Shown here: one piece after another, positions 12,281 through 25,688 of the stretch | How the letters are laid out: every line of letters starts with the position of its first letter | Numbering within the stretch: the stretch's first letter is position 1 | Assembly: GCF_006345805.1 (NCBI RefSeq) | Contig: NC_043012.1 | Location: 48,980,001-49,044,000 of the forward strand | Length of the DNA: 64,000 nt | Reading direction: 5' to 3' | DNA from: Octopus sinensis | Taxonomy: Eukaryota | The notes under the pieces: generated by a model | Told to the model about the DNA's origin: nothing | The model's input: only the letters and a program-made list of their open reading frames with translations | The model's database searches: none | Translations under genes and position numbers: made by a program

Positions 12281-12955
12281 TTCTTTTATTTTATTTGTTT
12301 CAGTCATTTGACGGTGGCATGCTGGAGCACAGCTTTGAAGGATTTTAGTCGAACACATCGACCTCAGACTTATTTTTTAAGCCTAGCATTTACTCTATCG
12401 GTACCTTTTGCCGAATCGTTAAGTTACGGGGTCGTAAACATACCAACACCGGTTATCAAGCGGTGACGGGGCTACAAATACACACACAGCCAACACATAT
12501 AGTAGCCACATGGTACTATTTAAGAAGAGTGGTCGCGGTGCGCGCACTCGCGTACTTGCGCATCCGCGCTAGCTAGTCGTGACTAGTCGATCCTACAACA
12601 ACTACCTAGCAAAGTAAATAAATACAATTTTTTTACACAAAGTAAATAAAACACAAAAACACAAAGCAAATAATTTTTTAAACAAAATAAAAAACACAAA
12701 GTAAGGATCGACTAGTCACGACTAGCTAGCGCGGATGCGCGAGTACGCGAGTGCGCGCACCGGGACCACTCTTCTGAAATAGTACCCACATATATATGTG
12801 ACGGGCTTCTTTCAGTTTCCGTCTACCAAATCCACTAACAAGGCTTTGGTCGACCCGAAGCTATAGTAGAAGACATTTGCCTAAGGTGCCACAAAGTGGG
12901 GCTGAACCTGGAACCATGTGGTTGGGAATCAAGCCTCTTACCACACAGCCACACC
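12281..12955 (-). mobile_element. SINE-A interrupted by a MITE
   Basis: Tail at 12281-12480 and head at ~12800-12955. Confidence 0.85.
12512..12786. mobile_element. MITE with 83-bp CpG-rich TIRs
   Basis: Arms 12512-12594 and 12704-12786 have 3 mismatches around an A-rich 109-bp core. CACAT is repeated at 12507-12511 and 12787-12791. Confidence 0.85.
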
Positions 12956-13124
12956 TTGAGTAAAACTACAAAATACCCTGCGATAATACAATCTTACTAA
13001 TCGAACAATAAAATTCAGCTAAAACTAAAATTATAGCACAATGTGTATACTTAATTATTTTTTGAAAATAATTCTATTTTTCAGATTTTGTAGGCTTTCT
13101 GGCAAATATAATGGCTTCCAATTT

Positions 13125-13545
13125 TGGCTGTAGATCTTCATGTGTTTTTTTAATGGGGAAGAGGATAAATCGATTACAACGGCCCTCGTACTTATTTTAT
13201 CGACCCGGAAAAGATAAAAGGCAAAGTCGACCCCAGCGCAACTTGTGCTCAGAACGTAAAGACAGACGAAATGCCGCTGAGGATTTTGTTCGCTGCACTA
13301 ACGATTCTGCCAGCTCGCCGGCTTAATAATAATCTTTTCCACTATAAGCACAAGGCCTGAAATTTTGGGGGAGTGCTATGTCGATTACGTTGAACCCAGT
13401 ATTCGAATGGTACTTAATTTATCGACCCTAGAAAGATGAGAGGGAATATCAATCTCGGCGAAACCTGAACTCAGAGCGTCAATACGGTCGAAATGCCGTG
13501 GAGTATTTTGTCCGTAGCGGTAACAATCCTACCAGCTCGCCTCAT
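13125..13545 (-). mobile_element. Two tandem SINE-B copies
   Basis: Two heads (ccagctcgccggctta at ~13310-13325; ccagctcgcctcatta at ~13532-13547), each preceded by a body. Confidence 0.8.
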
Positions 13546-13679
13546 TAAGACTAACAATGTTGATTCCTAGTACAATCTTTGATGTACTTTGGAGCTACAG
13601 GTTGATGGTCATACGCGAAATATTTTTGATCCAAGGCCAACTCAATCAGGTTTGACCTGGGGCTGAACAACAACAGCAG

Positions 13680-14082
13680 TTGAGGCGCAATGGCCCAGTG
13701 GTTAGGGCAGCGGACTCGCGGTTTCGATTCCCAGACCGGGCGTGGTGTGTGTTTATTGAGCGAAAACATCTGAAGCTCCACGAGTCTCCGGCAGGGGGTG
13801 GTGGCGACCCCTGTTGTACTCTTTCGCCCCAACTTTCTCTCACTCTTTCTTCCTGTTTCTTGTCCCCGACTTCCTACGCAGCCGCTGAGCCTGGATGCGC
13901 ATTCATCCATCCGTCAATGCTCTCAGTGTCGAGGGTTGACCTGCTTTCTCTTCTGCGGGTCTTACGAATAGCAAAGGACCATGTTTCGGACTTCTCCCAT
14001 CTGTGCGAGCTCTGGGACGAAGACCGTTCGCTCAACAGCAACAATAACATTAAGAACAACAACAACAACAACAACAACAACA
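13680..14082 (+). mobile_element. SINE-C (tRNA head, shared body, tail ending in (AAC)n)
   Basis: A box tggcccagtggttag and B box gtttcgattcc. Body tgtttattgagcgaaaaca..gctccacgag..ccggcagggggtggtgg is shared with 22321-22579 and 35941-36214. Confidence 0.85.
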
Positions 14083-14515
14083 ATACTGACACCAAATAAT
14101 GGAGTAAAACGAACAAAAAAATAACCTAAACCAACTCCACAAAAATACACAAACAAAACGAACACAGCAAAAGCGTGACCACCCCCTCGCAACCACACAC
14201 ATACTTGGATTACTTCTCCATAACAACTGAATCCATCGTAGCAAGAATCCAGCCCCTACTCCACCGTTTGTACTCGGCTGTTATCGTAGTTCTTCGGCTA
14301 ATGACTCCACTCATATTTATTTACTTTACTTGCTATCAAAGAAACGCTTCAAGTGTCAACTTCCTGTTAGTTGCTTAGATTAAATGACCCCAACCTCCTA
14401 CACCTTCGACCCCTCATCTTATTTACATTCAACAAAATCCAAGCTGCGAGTATCCTTTTTTTTCAAATATTTTTTGTATGGGTACCAATACATAATACAT
14501 ACATACATACATATA

Positions 14516-14577
<62 letters not shown>

Positions 14578-14811
14578 GCACGCCTCTGTGTGTGAGTGTG
14601 TTCGAGTGTATACAAATGCACACTTACATGCACACACATACACATTGGTGTGTGCGTGTGTGTTCATATATTATACATATATATATACTTATAAGTATAT
14701 ATATGAATGTGTGTGTGTATATATGCTTGTATATGTATTTTATACATGTATATATAGATATACAAAATATATATATATTACATACATATATATATATATA
14801 CACACACACAC

Positions 14812-14854
<43 letters not shown>

Positions 14855-15341
14855 TATATATATATACATGTATACACACACGTGAGTGTGTATGTGCGTG
14901 TGTGTGTGTGTGTGTGTGTGTAAAGAAGATATGATGCGAATTGGCAGAAGTACGCAGAGGTGGGTGTTGAAACATTAACGAAACAAAAGACAACACGTCA
15001 TTACCTCCTACTTCACCCTTTCTCCTCCTGCTTTTCCTCACCCTTTATTTCTTTTCCTTCCGTGAACTTTCTTCTGTAAATACCAAATGATATTTACTTT
15101 CTTGCGTTGAATTTATTCTTGCTCGGGTCATGGTGTTATCGTGGAATGAAGGGAAAGAGACAAAGAGAGAGTAGGCGAGAGTATGTAGTGGGAGGACAAA
15201 GAACAAAATGGAAGTTGCTTTTTAAAAAAGTTCCTAGCACTTGAGGAACTGGTTTAGATTGTTGTACAGCTTATAGGGTTTCATAGCAATATGGTTTCCC
15301 ATACGCACAAATACACAAACGCACATCACACACACACACTC

Positions 15342-15431
<90 letters not shown>

Positions 15432-15516
15432 TTGTCTATCTGTCTATCTATCTGTATATATAATAGATAAAACTTACTTGGGAATGAACGCGTGGCGTTC
15501 AGTCATGTATTAATAC

Positions 15517-15593
<77 letters not shown>

Positions 15594-15595
15594 AT

Positions 15596-15900
15596 AAATT
15601 CTATAATTATGAATATAATTATACAGTTAATCAGAGCCGGATAGATTCGTTATTTTTTCTCTTTACCTGCGTGAGTTGTTGAGTTTTGCTGTCTGGGAGA
15701 TATCTTATGGTAGTAGAATAGTAGTTTCTAACTGCTATTTCTAAATTTCGGTATGTGGTGAAGCAAATTTTGCTGAACCCTAATTATAATTATACTCATA
15801 ATTATAGAATTTTTGTATAAGTTTACCGATAAAGGGTCTTTTAACATAGCGAGCTACTTGGTAAAATTATTAATTATTAATTACTTTATTAATTTTACCC
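15596..15900 (-). mobile_element. (TA/TG)n-embedded element with a 27-bp inverted segment and an HHR half-core
   Basis: 15596-15622 and 15786-15812 are inverted with 1 mismatch. Minus strand reads ggctCTGATTAactgtataattat up to the junction. Confidence 0.45.
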
Positions 15901-15989
15901 ATTATATATATATATATGCATATATATATATATACATATATATATATATGCATGTATACATACATATATGTACATACTTACATATAAAT

Positions 15990-16240
15990 GCGTATCCACA
16001 TGCATATATGGGTACAGCACTTCATAGAAGGTAAACAATATGAAATACAAAAAATTTTTTTTTGCGAACAACGAAAGAAACAAATGGAAAACAAGACAAG
16101 CAACGTAAAGAACGACCTTTCATCAGTTGTCGGCTGTTTTATCTACACCACATTTCGAGCATTTACGACTTCGTATTTCATGTTGTCTTCGTATTTTATT
16201 TTGTTTACGTTCTATGGCTTCCTATACGCATGTGTATATA
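15990..16240. mobile_element. Fold-back remnant of family J (CUGAUGA two-stem motif)
   Basis: Left part is the reverse complement of the family seen at 38125-38258 and 62868-63020. The part from ~16167 is the same family in plus orientation. Confidence 0.6.
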
Positions 16241-16306
16241 CATATATATGTAAGTATGTACATATAATGCATGTATATATATGAAGATTATATATGTGGA
16301 AATATG

Positions 16307-16381
<75 letters not shown>

Positions 16382-16401
16382 AATATATACATATATGTAT
16401 A

Positions 16402-16629
16402 TACTCTTACTCTTTTACTCTTTTACTTGTTTCAGTCATTTGACTGCGGCCATGCTGGAGCACCGCCTTTAGTCGAGCAAATCGACCCCGGGACTTATTC
16501 TTTGTAAGCCCAGTACTTATTCTATCAGTCTCTTTTGCCGAACCGCTAAGTGACGGGGACGTAAACACACCAGCATTGGTTGTCAAGCAATGCTAGGGGA
16601 ACAAACATAGACACACAGACACACACATA

Positions 16630-16664
<35 letters not shown>

Positions 16665-16826
16665 GACAGGCTTCTTTCAGTTTCCGTCTACCAAATCCAC
16701 TCACAAGGCATTGGTCAGCCCGGGGCTATAGCGGAAGACACTTGCCCAAGATGCCACGCAGTGGGACTGAACCCGGAACCATGTGGTTGGTTAGCAAGCT
16801 ACTTACCACACAGCCACTCCTGGCCT
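16402..16826 (-). mobile_element. SINE-A, near full length
   Basis: All modules present and close to the window consensus. Confidence 0.95.
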
Positions 16827-16831
16827 GTATA

Positions 16832-16900
<69 letters not shown>

Positions 16901-16946
16901 TATTATATATATATATATTATATATATATATTATATATATATATAT

Positions 16947-17160
16947 ATTCAATATGTGACCGCGTGTGTATCGTTGGCGATTTTCTTTCGCCGTCTTCCC
17001 TTCCTTGGACTTTTCCTTTTTTCTATATATCTGACGAAGAGCTCCGCTCGAAATGTTAAATCCTCCTTCTTTCTTCCCTTTCCTGAGCGTCCACATACAG
17101 TATACTTGTTCCACGTCCTCGCGTTGTTGTGTTTTCTCTTTGTTCATGTTTGGACTAACT
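16947..17160 (+). mobile_element. Family D HHR-bearing element (motif 17031-17060)
   Basis: CUGACGA a GAGC-ucc-GCUC GAAA UGUU aaa. Core intact, stems I and III eroded. TA tracts on both sides. Confidence 0.7.
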
Positions 17161-18770
17161 ATATATATATATATATATATAGGTTACAGGGACGTATACA
17201 CACCAGCATCGGTTGTCAAGCGATGATGGCGTGGAGAAGCACAGACACACAAATACATACATGCACACACACACACACACACATACACACACACACATAT
17301 ATCAAAATATGCAACAAGGATATCCAGAGGTAAAGCAGTACGATCGTTTTATGCAACTCCATCTAATTGAACAATGCAATCATTACATCTATTTAAAATG
17401 CAGAGCAATCTTCAGCTGCGCAAAGACATAGAATTTAATTAAATTAGAACAGATGGACACATTAGTATAATTATACCCAAGGCAGCATGTTTTCTGTGTA
17501 TCTCCTTAACTTCTTGGAGATTTTGGTCGGCCCGAGGCTATAGTAGAAGTGAAACTGAGCTCGGAACCAGGTGTACATATGTCATACCTTAATAGTGTGT
17601 GTACTGAAACCCAATTTGACAGGATGCTAATATAGATAAAATGTTAGAATCTTTTCTGCTTGGCTGCAGAAAGTTTTGAAATTTTAGAATTAAGTGAAAA
17701 TTTTCAAATTGGGTGTACAGATGGAATTTTTTACGCAGAATATGAAGGTCTAATTCACTTGATCCAGAAGAGAATCTAAACAAGTTACTGAAGTTTAAGA
17801 TTTGATTATTTTTTCCCAGTCAGAAAACAAGATTTCGAATCAGTCATTTTATGCGTGACTGCAATCGTAAGATGACAAAACAATGATATTAACATTGCAA
17901 CGATGAGTGTGTTTCAAGAATTTAATAAACGAAAATGACTAAAAGCCGAGTAAACAAGAAATATGTTGTAATTTTACGCACACAACTTGCATTGAATGCG
18001 AAAAAATAAAAGTATACAACCCATTTTTTTAGTTTTAAGAGCAGAAAAAATGGATACAAACAAGAAAACAAAGTATATACTATCAGTTTGTAAATACGTA
18101 GTTTTTCGCAAGCGTTACTATAGATACAGGTGCCTGTTTGTCTGTGGCTTTCGATTGGCTAAAAATACCCAGATTTTTCAAACTTTAAAAGCTATTAAAT
18201 CTTTATTTATTGATCTATAGAGAAAATTAATTTCATAACAATGATTACCATACAAAACTAAACTAATACACCAAATTTGAACTCAAGTGGAACAAAACTG
18301 AAGAAATTGAAATAGCAGCCGAACAGAAAAGATCCATGTGTTAAGCAATTACGGCGGGCAATTTAATAGGCCCTGCGGCCTGTAGCCTATGGGTTTGCAG
18401 AGTGCATAAACAAATTGATTGCTTCTTTCTCTGGGATTAGTGAACTTTATGTAGACGCCTCTAGTGAGAATCCAATAAGATATGAAAATCGATGAAGGCT
18501 GTTCATCTTTTTTTCACTACGGAGAAATACGTAGATTTTGCCGTGTTTGTATATCTGCTACAGAGGTTACACACACACACACACACACATACACACACAC
18601 ATAATATATGCGTGTGCGTGAGCGCGCATGTCTATATATGTGTGTGCGTGTCTGTCTCCCACCACCACCACCACCTCACCACCACCACCACCACCACCAC
18701 CACCACCACCACCACCACCACCACCACCACCACCACACACCACCACCAACAACAACAACAACAACAACAA

Positions 18771-18805
<35 letters not shown>

Positions 18806-19438
18806 GACACTGCTTGACGACAGATATTGGATTTTTCTTCCCGGTTACCTAGCGAAACCAAAAGGTTAAGTACTAGGGTCGTTTTTTAAGATTTCAGTTT
18901 CGAAGAAACTCTTTAAGGTAGTGCTCTAGTATGGCCGCAGTTCAATTGCAACAGCAAGTAGAAGAGTGGTTCATACGTATGTGTATGCCTAAGCGTACGT
19001 ACGTACTTACAAACATACATACATAATGAGAAGCCCTTTCTATTTCGTTGATAAATTAAAATCATTGTGTTGATCAAGCTAAGCCAACATTTGAAGGCTA
19101 GAATATTCTGCTTCTGTCTGCAGGTAAGACAGTAAAAAAAGCCAGTTTTAGGCAGGTATCAAGTAAAACCTGTTTATTTCGTAGTCTTGAAGGCCAGCAG
19201 CATAAGACAGCTACTTCCGTATGCGGCTCCTTGTGTTCCTTTTGCCAAGAGGCGGATAAGTTAAAATAATTACTTTCAAGTATTCTTTTACAGCTGCGAA
19301 TTCTGTGTCATAGTTATGTTCAAAAAATTCCACTCCAGAAAGCACCGTAAATTCGTATTCTCCGTGTTTCTATTCTAAGCAACTGGGCTATCATGGGAAA
19401 GTATTCAGGCTTCAGTGTGTATTGTTACATTTGTACCA

Positions 19439-19860
19439 TAGGCGCAGGAGTGGCTGTGTGGTAGGTAACTTGCTTACCAACCATATGGTTCTGGGTTCAG
19501 TCTTATTGCGTGGCACCTTGGGCAAGTGTCTTCTACTATAGCCTCGGGCCGACGAAAGCCTTATGAGTGGATTTGGTAGACGGAAACTGAAAGAAGACCA
19601 TCGTATATATATATATATATATTTATATATATTTATATTTATATGTGTGTGTATGTTTGTGTGTCTGTTTGTCCCCCCCCCCAACATCGCTTGACAACTG
19701 ATGCTGGTGTGTTTACGTCCCCGTAACTTAGCGATTCGGCAAAAAGAGACCGATAGAATAAGTACTAGGCTTACAAAGAATAAGTCCTGGGGTCGATTTG
19801 CTCGACTAAAGGCGTTGCTCCAGCATGGCCGCAGTCAAATAACAAACAAGTAAAAGAATA
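19439..19860 (+). mobile_element. SINE-A, full length
   Basis: taggcgcaggagtggctgtgtgg (A box) ... gggttcagtc (B box) ... tail. Confidence 0.95.
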
Positions 19861-19948
19861 AAAAAATATATAAATCCATAAATACATCGTTCACAGCCTC
19901 AGAAAGCAAGCAACTGTACACACACACACACACACACACATACATACG

Positions 19949-19980
<32 letters not shown>

Positions 19981-21094
19981 AGTATATATGTGTGTGTGTT
20001 TGTTTCTGTCTGTATATGTGCGCGTGTGTGCCCAGGTACACATGAAGTGCAACAGTAAAAGCGAAGTCGTTACCTAGCTAATTATTTGGCTATCTATGGA
20101 TATCTAAACCACATCAGTGTGTGTATTGATAATACTATCATCTGTATCAGGTAGGTAAGTACATAACCCGTTATACCCAGATATGTTGGAGATAAAGCAG
20201 GATCTATACGCATATAGCATTTGTGGAGATGAGAACTGTTTATTAGCTATCCAGAAATACCTTTATCATGTACGCTTTTACAGTTTTAACATTATTGTTG
20301 CCCCAGGTTAAAATGGTGGCTTGATTTAGCTCAAGTTTAATTTTTCTTTTCTGTTGTTCTTGTTTCCTAAGAAATTTTCGTTCACAAGATCTAGATATAA
20401 TGTTTTTCTCATGTTTTTTTTTTATTATTTTTAATGGCATTTGATCTCATGTGGAAAACTGTTGTCCCTTATGAGGCTTGAGGATTCACGGGAAATTCTT
20501 TCTAAAAAACGGCAATTAAGGATTACTGAATTCACCTAAGGCTTCAAACTTTGGTTTAATGTCAGAGTCGCCTGACCTTCTAAATATAGCAGCAAAATCA
20601 CACCATATCTTTTTTAAAAGAGAAGGGTTTAGGTAAATGTATCTCTAAATACGTTTCCTGAAAACAAAATGGGATGGTAACAACTAAGAAAACGTTTCAT
20701 CATGGGATTGACCCGGATCAAAATCTAGGGTAAAAAAATGCCGCATAGCTGTATCTGGACAAATTCCTTCCAACTATTCTCGACAAAACACTTCAAATTA
20801 TCTCTACTAAAAATAACTTTTAATTGAATGGGATGTCATCCAAATTTATCGCTCATATTAGCTAACAAAGTGGTGATATTGAGCTTAGTACACAACTGGC
20901 TAAAATGTATTCGAGACATTTTCGTGCAAAATATTTCAAATATTTTTCCTGTTCTGTGCTATGCCCAAGTTGTCTTGTAACTATTTTTTTTTTCATGAGC
21001 TCATCAAAATTACTTCACTTCTTTGCGTAACCACGTTTGTCAAAAATATTGCATTTCGGCAAAACCCATTGATGATTACGTAATTTTATTTTCA

Positions 21095-21467
21095 TACTCT
21101 TTACTCTTTTACTCTTTTACTTGTTTCAGTCATTTGACTGCGGCCATGCTGGAGCACCGCCTTTAATCGAGCAAATCGACCCCAGGACTTATTCTTTGGA
21201 AGCCTAGTAATTTATTCTATCGGTCTCTATTGCTGAACCACTAATTTACGAGGACGTAAACACATCGCCATCGGTTGTCAAGCGATGTTGGGGACAAAGA
21301 CACACAAACACACACACACACACACACATACATATATACGATGGGCTTCTTTCAGTTTCCGCCTACCAAATCCACTCACAAGGCTTTGGTCGGCCCGAGG
21401 CTATAGTAGAAGACACTTGCCGCAGTGGGAATGAACCCAGAACCATATGGTTGGTAAGCAAGCTACT
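21095..21467 (-). mobile_element. SINE-A
   Basis: (TTTACTC)n-type tail end, linker and head. Confidence 0.9.
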
Positions 21468-22320
21468 TTATTTCATAAATATTTGCCATGAAGGCATTAC
21501 AAAGAGGGGACGAATAAAAACCGACAAACATAAAAGGGTGAAGTAGCTGTAGCGATTAAATATCTACAATTTAAAATTTACAATAATTTAATAAATATGT
21601 TTATAACTTTTGACTTAAACGTTGCTCATTACAAATGAAATTTGTAATGGCTTCTCTGAAGGATAGGCATCCGACCACCAGGGTAGACCCCTTGCTTTTT
21701 CTTTCCTGTTTTTGGCTTCCACTTACCTGGTGCCAAACACTCCCAGCTTCCTCGCCACAGGCTTCGATCGTCTTGTGAATCTGTCTCGTGACAGGTACCT
21801 TTTCTCCAGCCTGATCTTATTACTTGTGTGGTAAGCAAGCTACTTACCATACAGCCACTCCTGCGCATTTTCATTTTATAGAATTTTTTTTAGCAGACTT
21901 TGTAAAAGGAAGTGTGTCAGTACCTATAAGCAATTGGATGGAGATCCGGCGTTGGCTAAAAGCAAAGAAGTAGCTTGATTCATGGGTTATTCTCAGACCA
22001 GTGTTGTTGACCAACAATGTTGTATTATTAGCTAAACGCAAGCCAGGGCCAGGTTGTGCTGCTAAACCAGACGACTGCACGTTGTTCATGTGTTACAAAT
22101 TGATGGGATAAGAACAGTGAAGAAGATTCTTATAAATTTATAAAGCTATAAGTATTGTAAGCAAGAAATATCAGCTACTTTAAGCAAATTTAAACCTGCG
22201 ATACCCTATATTATCCACGTCTCTTTTTCTCTTTCTTTTTCTCCCTCTTCCCTACATATGCATATATGTACATATACATATATCATGGCTATCAGCAATG
22301 GTAAATATATATATATATGT

Positions 22321-22579
22321 ATCTTCTTCTTAATCCTTTTTGCCCCTTGTTGTGGAGCTTAGGGCCGGTTTCCTGGTTTCCTTCGCGTATATGTTCCCCA
22401 CCTGGACGGGAAGCCGGTCCGTCGCAGGTGAGCTGCATGTTGTGAGAGAAAGTTGTGCCGGAGCCGCATGGAGCTTAGGTGTTTCGCTCATAAACACACA
22501 CATCGCCAGGTCTGAGATTCGAACCCGCGATCCCTCGACCGCGAATCCGCTGCTCTAACCACTAGGCCATGTGCCTCCA
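22321..22579 (-). mobile_element. SINE-C head and body with a V-domain-like tail
   Basis: Head is the reverse complement of tggaggcacatggcctagtggttagagcagcggattcgcgg. Tail contains cctgcgacggaccggcttcccgtccaggtgggg. Confidence 0.8.
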
Positions 22580-22584
22580 TATAT

Positions 22585-22669
<85 letters not shown>

Positions 22670-22770
22670 TATATATATATATATATATATATCTATCTTA
22701 TATATATATATATATATATATATTAATATATATATAATATATATATATTATATATATATATATATATATA

Positions 22771-22831
<61 letters not shown>

Positions 22832-24681
22832 TATTATATATATGGTTGTGTATAATTAGATAGCTGATAGTTGTCTATGTTCAAATCCTGTCTTGGGCTG
22901 CACTATTTTCCTCTCTCCAATGAGACAAAAAGATCTCTTCCATCGTTAGAATTGTCTAGCTTTACAAAAATCGCTTGTTGTTAGTCTTAAGCAAACAGAG
23001 AAATTCTATCTATATATATATATATTTGCTGTGCGTAATTTCTCATATCTTGCCTATAGATAAAAACAAAGTGTAGCATTGATAGAAACAACATTCCAAA
23101 AATGAAAAATATAATTAAATGCGAATACTTCGAACCTATTATATTTAACAAATCGAAATTTGATTCCCGAGTTCATGTTGAGGTTATTTTGGCTGCAACT
23201 ACAATGAGACAAGATAAAAGCAAAGTGCTTCGCATAATAGCAACGTGACCAGAAACGTCTTGCAGCGGCCATTATACTGCAAGTATAACACTTTTAGCGG
23301 AAGAGTAAATAGATAGAATATGTGACATTCGTGCTTTTTCTATGGTTGTTGTATGTATTGGTGAAAGAAAATGGTTCCAAACGATATCCTAAACCGTTTC
23401 AAAGACTTGGTTCAATTGGAGATTACCACACACTTACAACACACATTGTACTTCCTTCATTACAGTATCAAAAACAATTAGTTCTCCGCACATGACTCGC
23501 CAGCACGTACACTCAATTAACATGAAGCCCTCCTACACTAGAGGTAACGCGGTTGTCAAGACCGGAAGTACGTTGTCCGAAAAGTGTTTATACAAGTAAA
23601 TACAGCAAGGTTAGAATGACTTTTTTTTGCATATAAAACTCCTCCCAAGAATAGTAAATGGTTAAGTCATTTTTTTTCTAGTAGAAAATGTTACATTCAT
23701 GTACTACAATATCCTTGGCGATTTGGAAATGTCTTTGAAGTGACGGTTAGAATGGTTTGCGGCATTTGTGCAGGTTGTCTGCGTTCTGGGGGTTGAAATC
23801 CTGCTTAGTTCACCTTCTTTCATCGTTTCGGGGACGATGAATAAAGGACCAGTCAAGTTGGTGGAATCACAGAATGTCAGAGCATTTAAATGAGATGCCT
23901 TGAAATATCTGTTTGGCTCTGTGCGTTCAGTGTTCAAATATTACCCTTTTCCATGGGCTTAGGAAATCTTTTAAGCAAGTACTTAAGTATTTCAGCTGAT
24001 TACACCCAATGCCAACACAACAGACGGCACGAGATAGAATGCATGGAGGCATTAAGTTCTGTGCACCCAACTAACAAACAGGTTCTAATGTTCATCGTAC
24101 TTTCGCAACGTTCAATCCCTAAATTTGACCCGCTTCATATCAACAGTATATATAAAAGTGTCAAAAATTTTGCTCTCAGTACGCAACGGACTCGAGTATC
24201 GGGTGATTCAGTAATTAGCAACCAAGCTTATTTAATGAGATATGTCAACACCGTAGTCACCCAGATGTGAAGATGACAAGCATAATCGTTATTTCACGCG
24301 TTAAGGACTATACGAATAGAAAAAATGACAAAAATAAACGTCAAAACATTCCCCTCGAATACGCCGCTAAGTTGTCGCTCAAAATGTTAAGAATGACAGA
24401 CAAAATCTCTCTCATATCATACCTTAAGGGTTAAATAAGAAAAAAATTGTTCATGACTCTAACACTTTCGACAACATTTTTGCTTGATGAAAGAGTACCT
24501 GGTACTAAACAACAAACAACAGCAACAACACCAATCACCAGGATTTTACATATTTGTACAATCCATTGTGAACAGTTGACCAGGACAATTATTCTTTTCA
24601 GCTCACTATATTACATAAGTAATATTACATACCTGTGCAAAACGCACATTTGCGGTATCTTACCAACTGTGTAGAATATAC

Positions 24682-24799
<118 letters not shown>

Positions 24800-25688
24800 C
24801 TATAGATACGTTTAAAACATCCTGATTTATATAATTATGTAACGAAATAATTTAAATGTGATGGGATATGTATTTCATCAAGAGAAAAAGTAACTGGAGA
24901 TAAGTGTGACTGAATCAATTAATCCACAGACACGACTCTTATCTCTACTATGATGGCACTTTCCACAAGTCATTGACAGGGCGTGGCCGTCGTTCAGTCC
25001 ACTTCAGCGAAGCTACGGACACAGTACTCCTGGAAGTTCAAACTACAAGGTAATATCAAATTGGTCACACGATTATAAGGTTCCCAAGGACCTTAGTGAG
25101 CATGAGCAGCCCTTTACTCTCATGGAGAACTTGTCCTCATGCAAATTGACTCCACTGACTTCAGGTGTTCAATACTATCCTCATTTACTTATTTGGACTA
25201 TTATCGAGTCCATAGCGGTCTTGCTATCAGACTCGGCTGTCTCAACGACATCTGATCACTGAGAAAGTTTCCTTCTCTTCACCACATATGGCAGTCAGCG
25301 TCAGCAGTTTCCAGCTCATTCTTGACTCTGAATATGAACGGACTGGTCGCATCTTAGATATTGATGGTCACGGAGTTCTTGTTGTTGGGTGGCTACAGAC
25401 AAAATGACTGTTTGCTCTTTCATTTCCAATATCAAATTGAATTTTGCCATAATGAAGCTGACCACAAAACTGAAAGACAAATGAGGAGGTTAACATTTTG
25501 TGTGCACGTTGCATTTTATTTATGACCTACACAATTTAATTCATAAATATAGCGCGCAGCGAATAATCGCTCGATGTATTATGGAGTGAAATATTTGAAG
25601 GCGATATCCAGCAATGCTGCAGTCCAAAAGCCAAATTCAGTGAAACAATGAAAGAACAGTTCTTGAACTCGCTGAATTTCTTGTCCAA

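Noticed and set aside
18485-18545. cgatgaa...gaaatacgta as an HHR
   Set aside because: The core is incomplete and stems I and II are not in register.
19439-19520. tRNA gene
   Set aside because: A and B boxes are present but continue into CORE-like and tail modules, repeated ~30 times. These are SINE heads, not tRNA genes.
21625-21825. Possible RLE-type LINE C-terminal remnant on the minus strand, with a 10-bp hairpin
   Set aside because: Only scattered motif similarity across frameshifts, too weak to call.
21871-22089. 72-aa minus ORF as a host exon
   Set aside because: No convincing acceptor, no recognisable domain, and no partner exons.
24300-24434. piggyBac right end (aaggg-TTAA)
   Set aside because: No matching TTAA-CCC left end or transposase was found.
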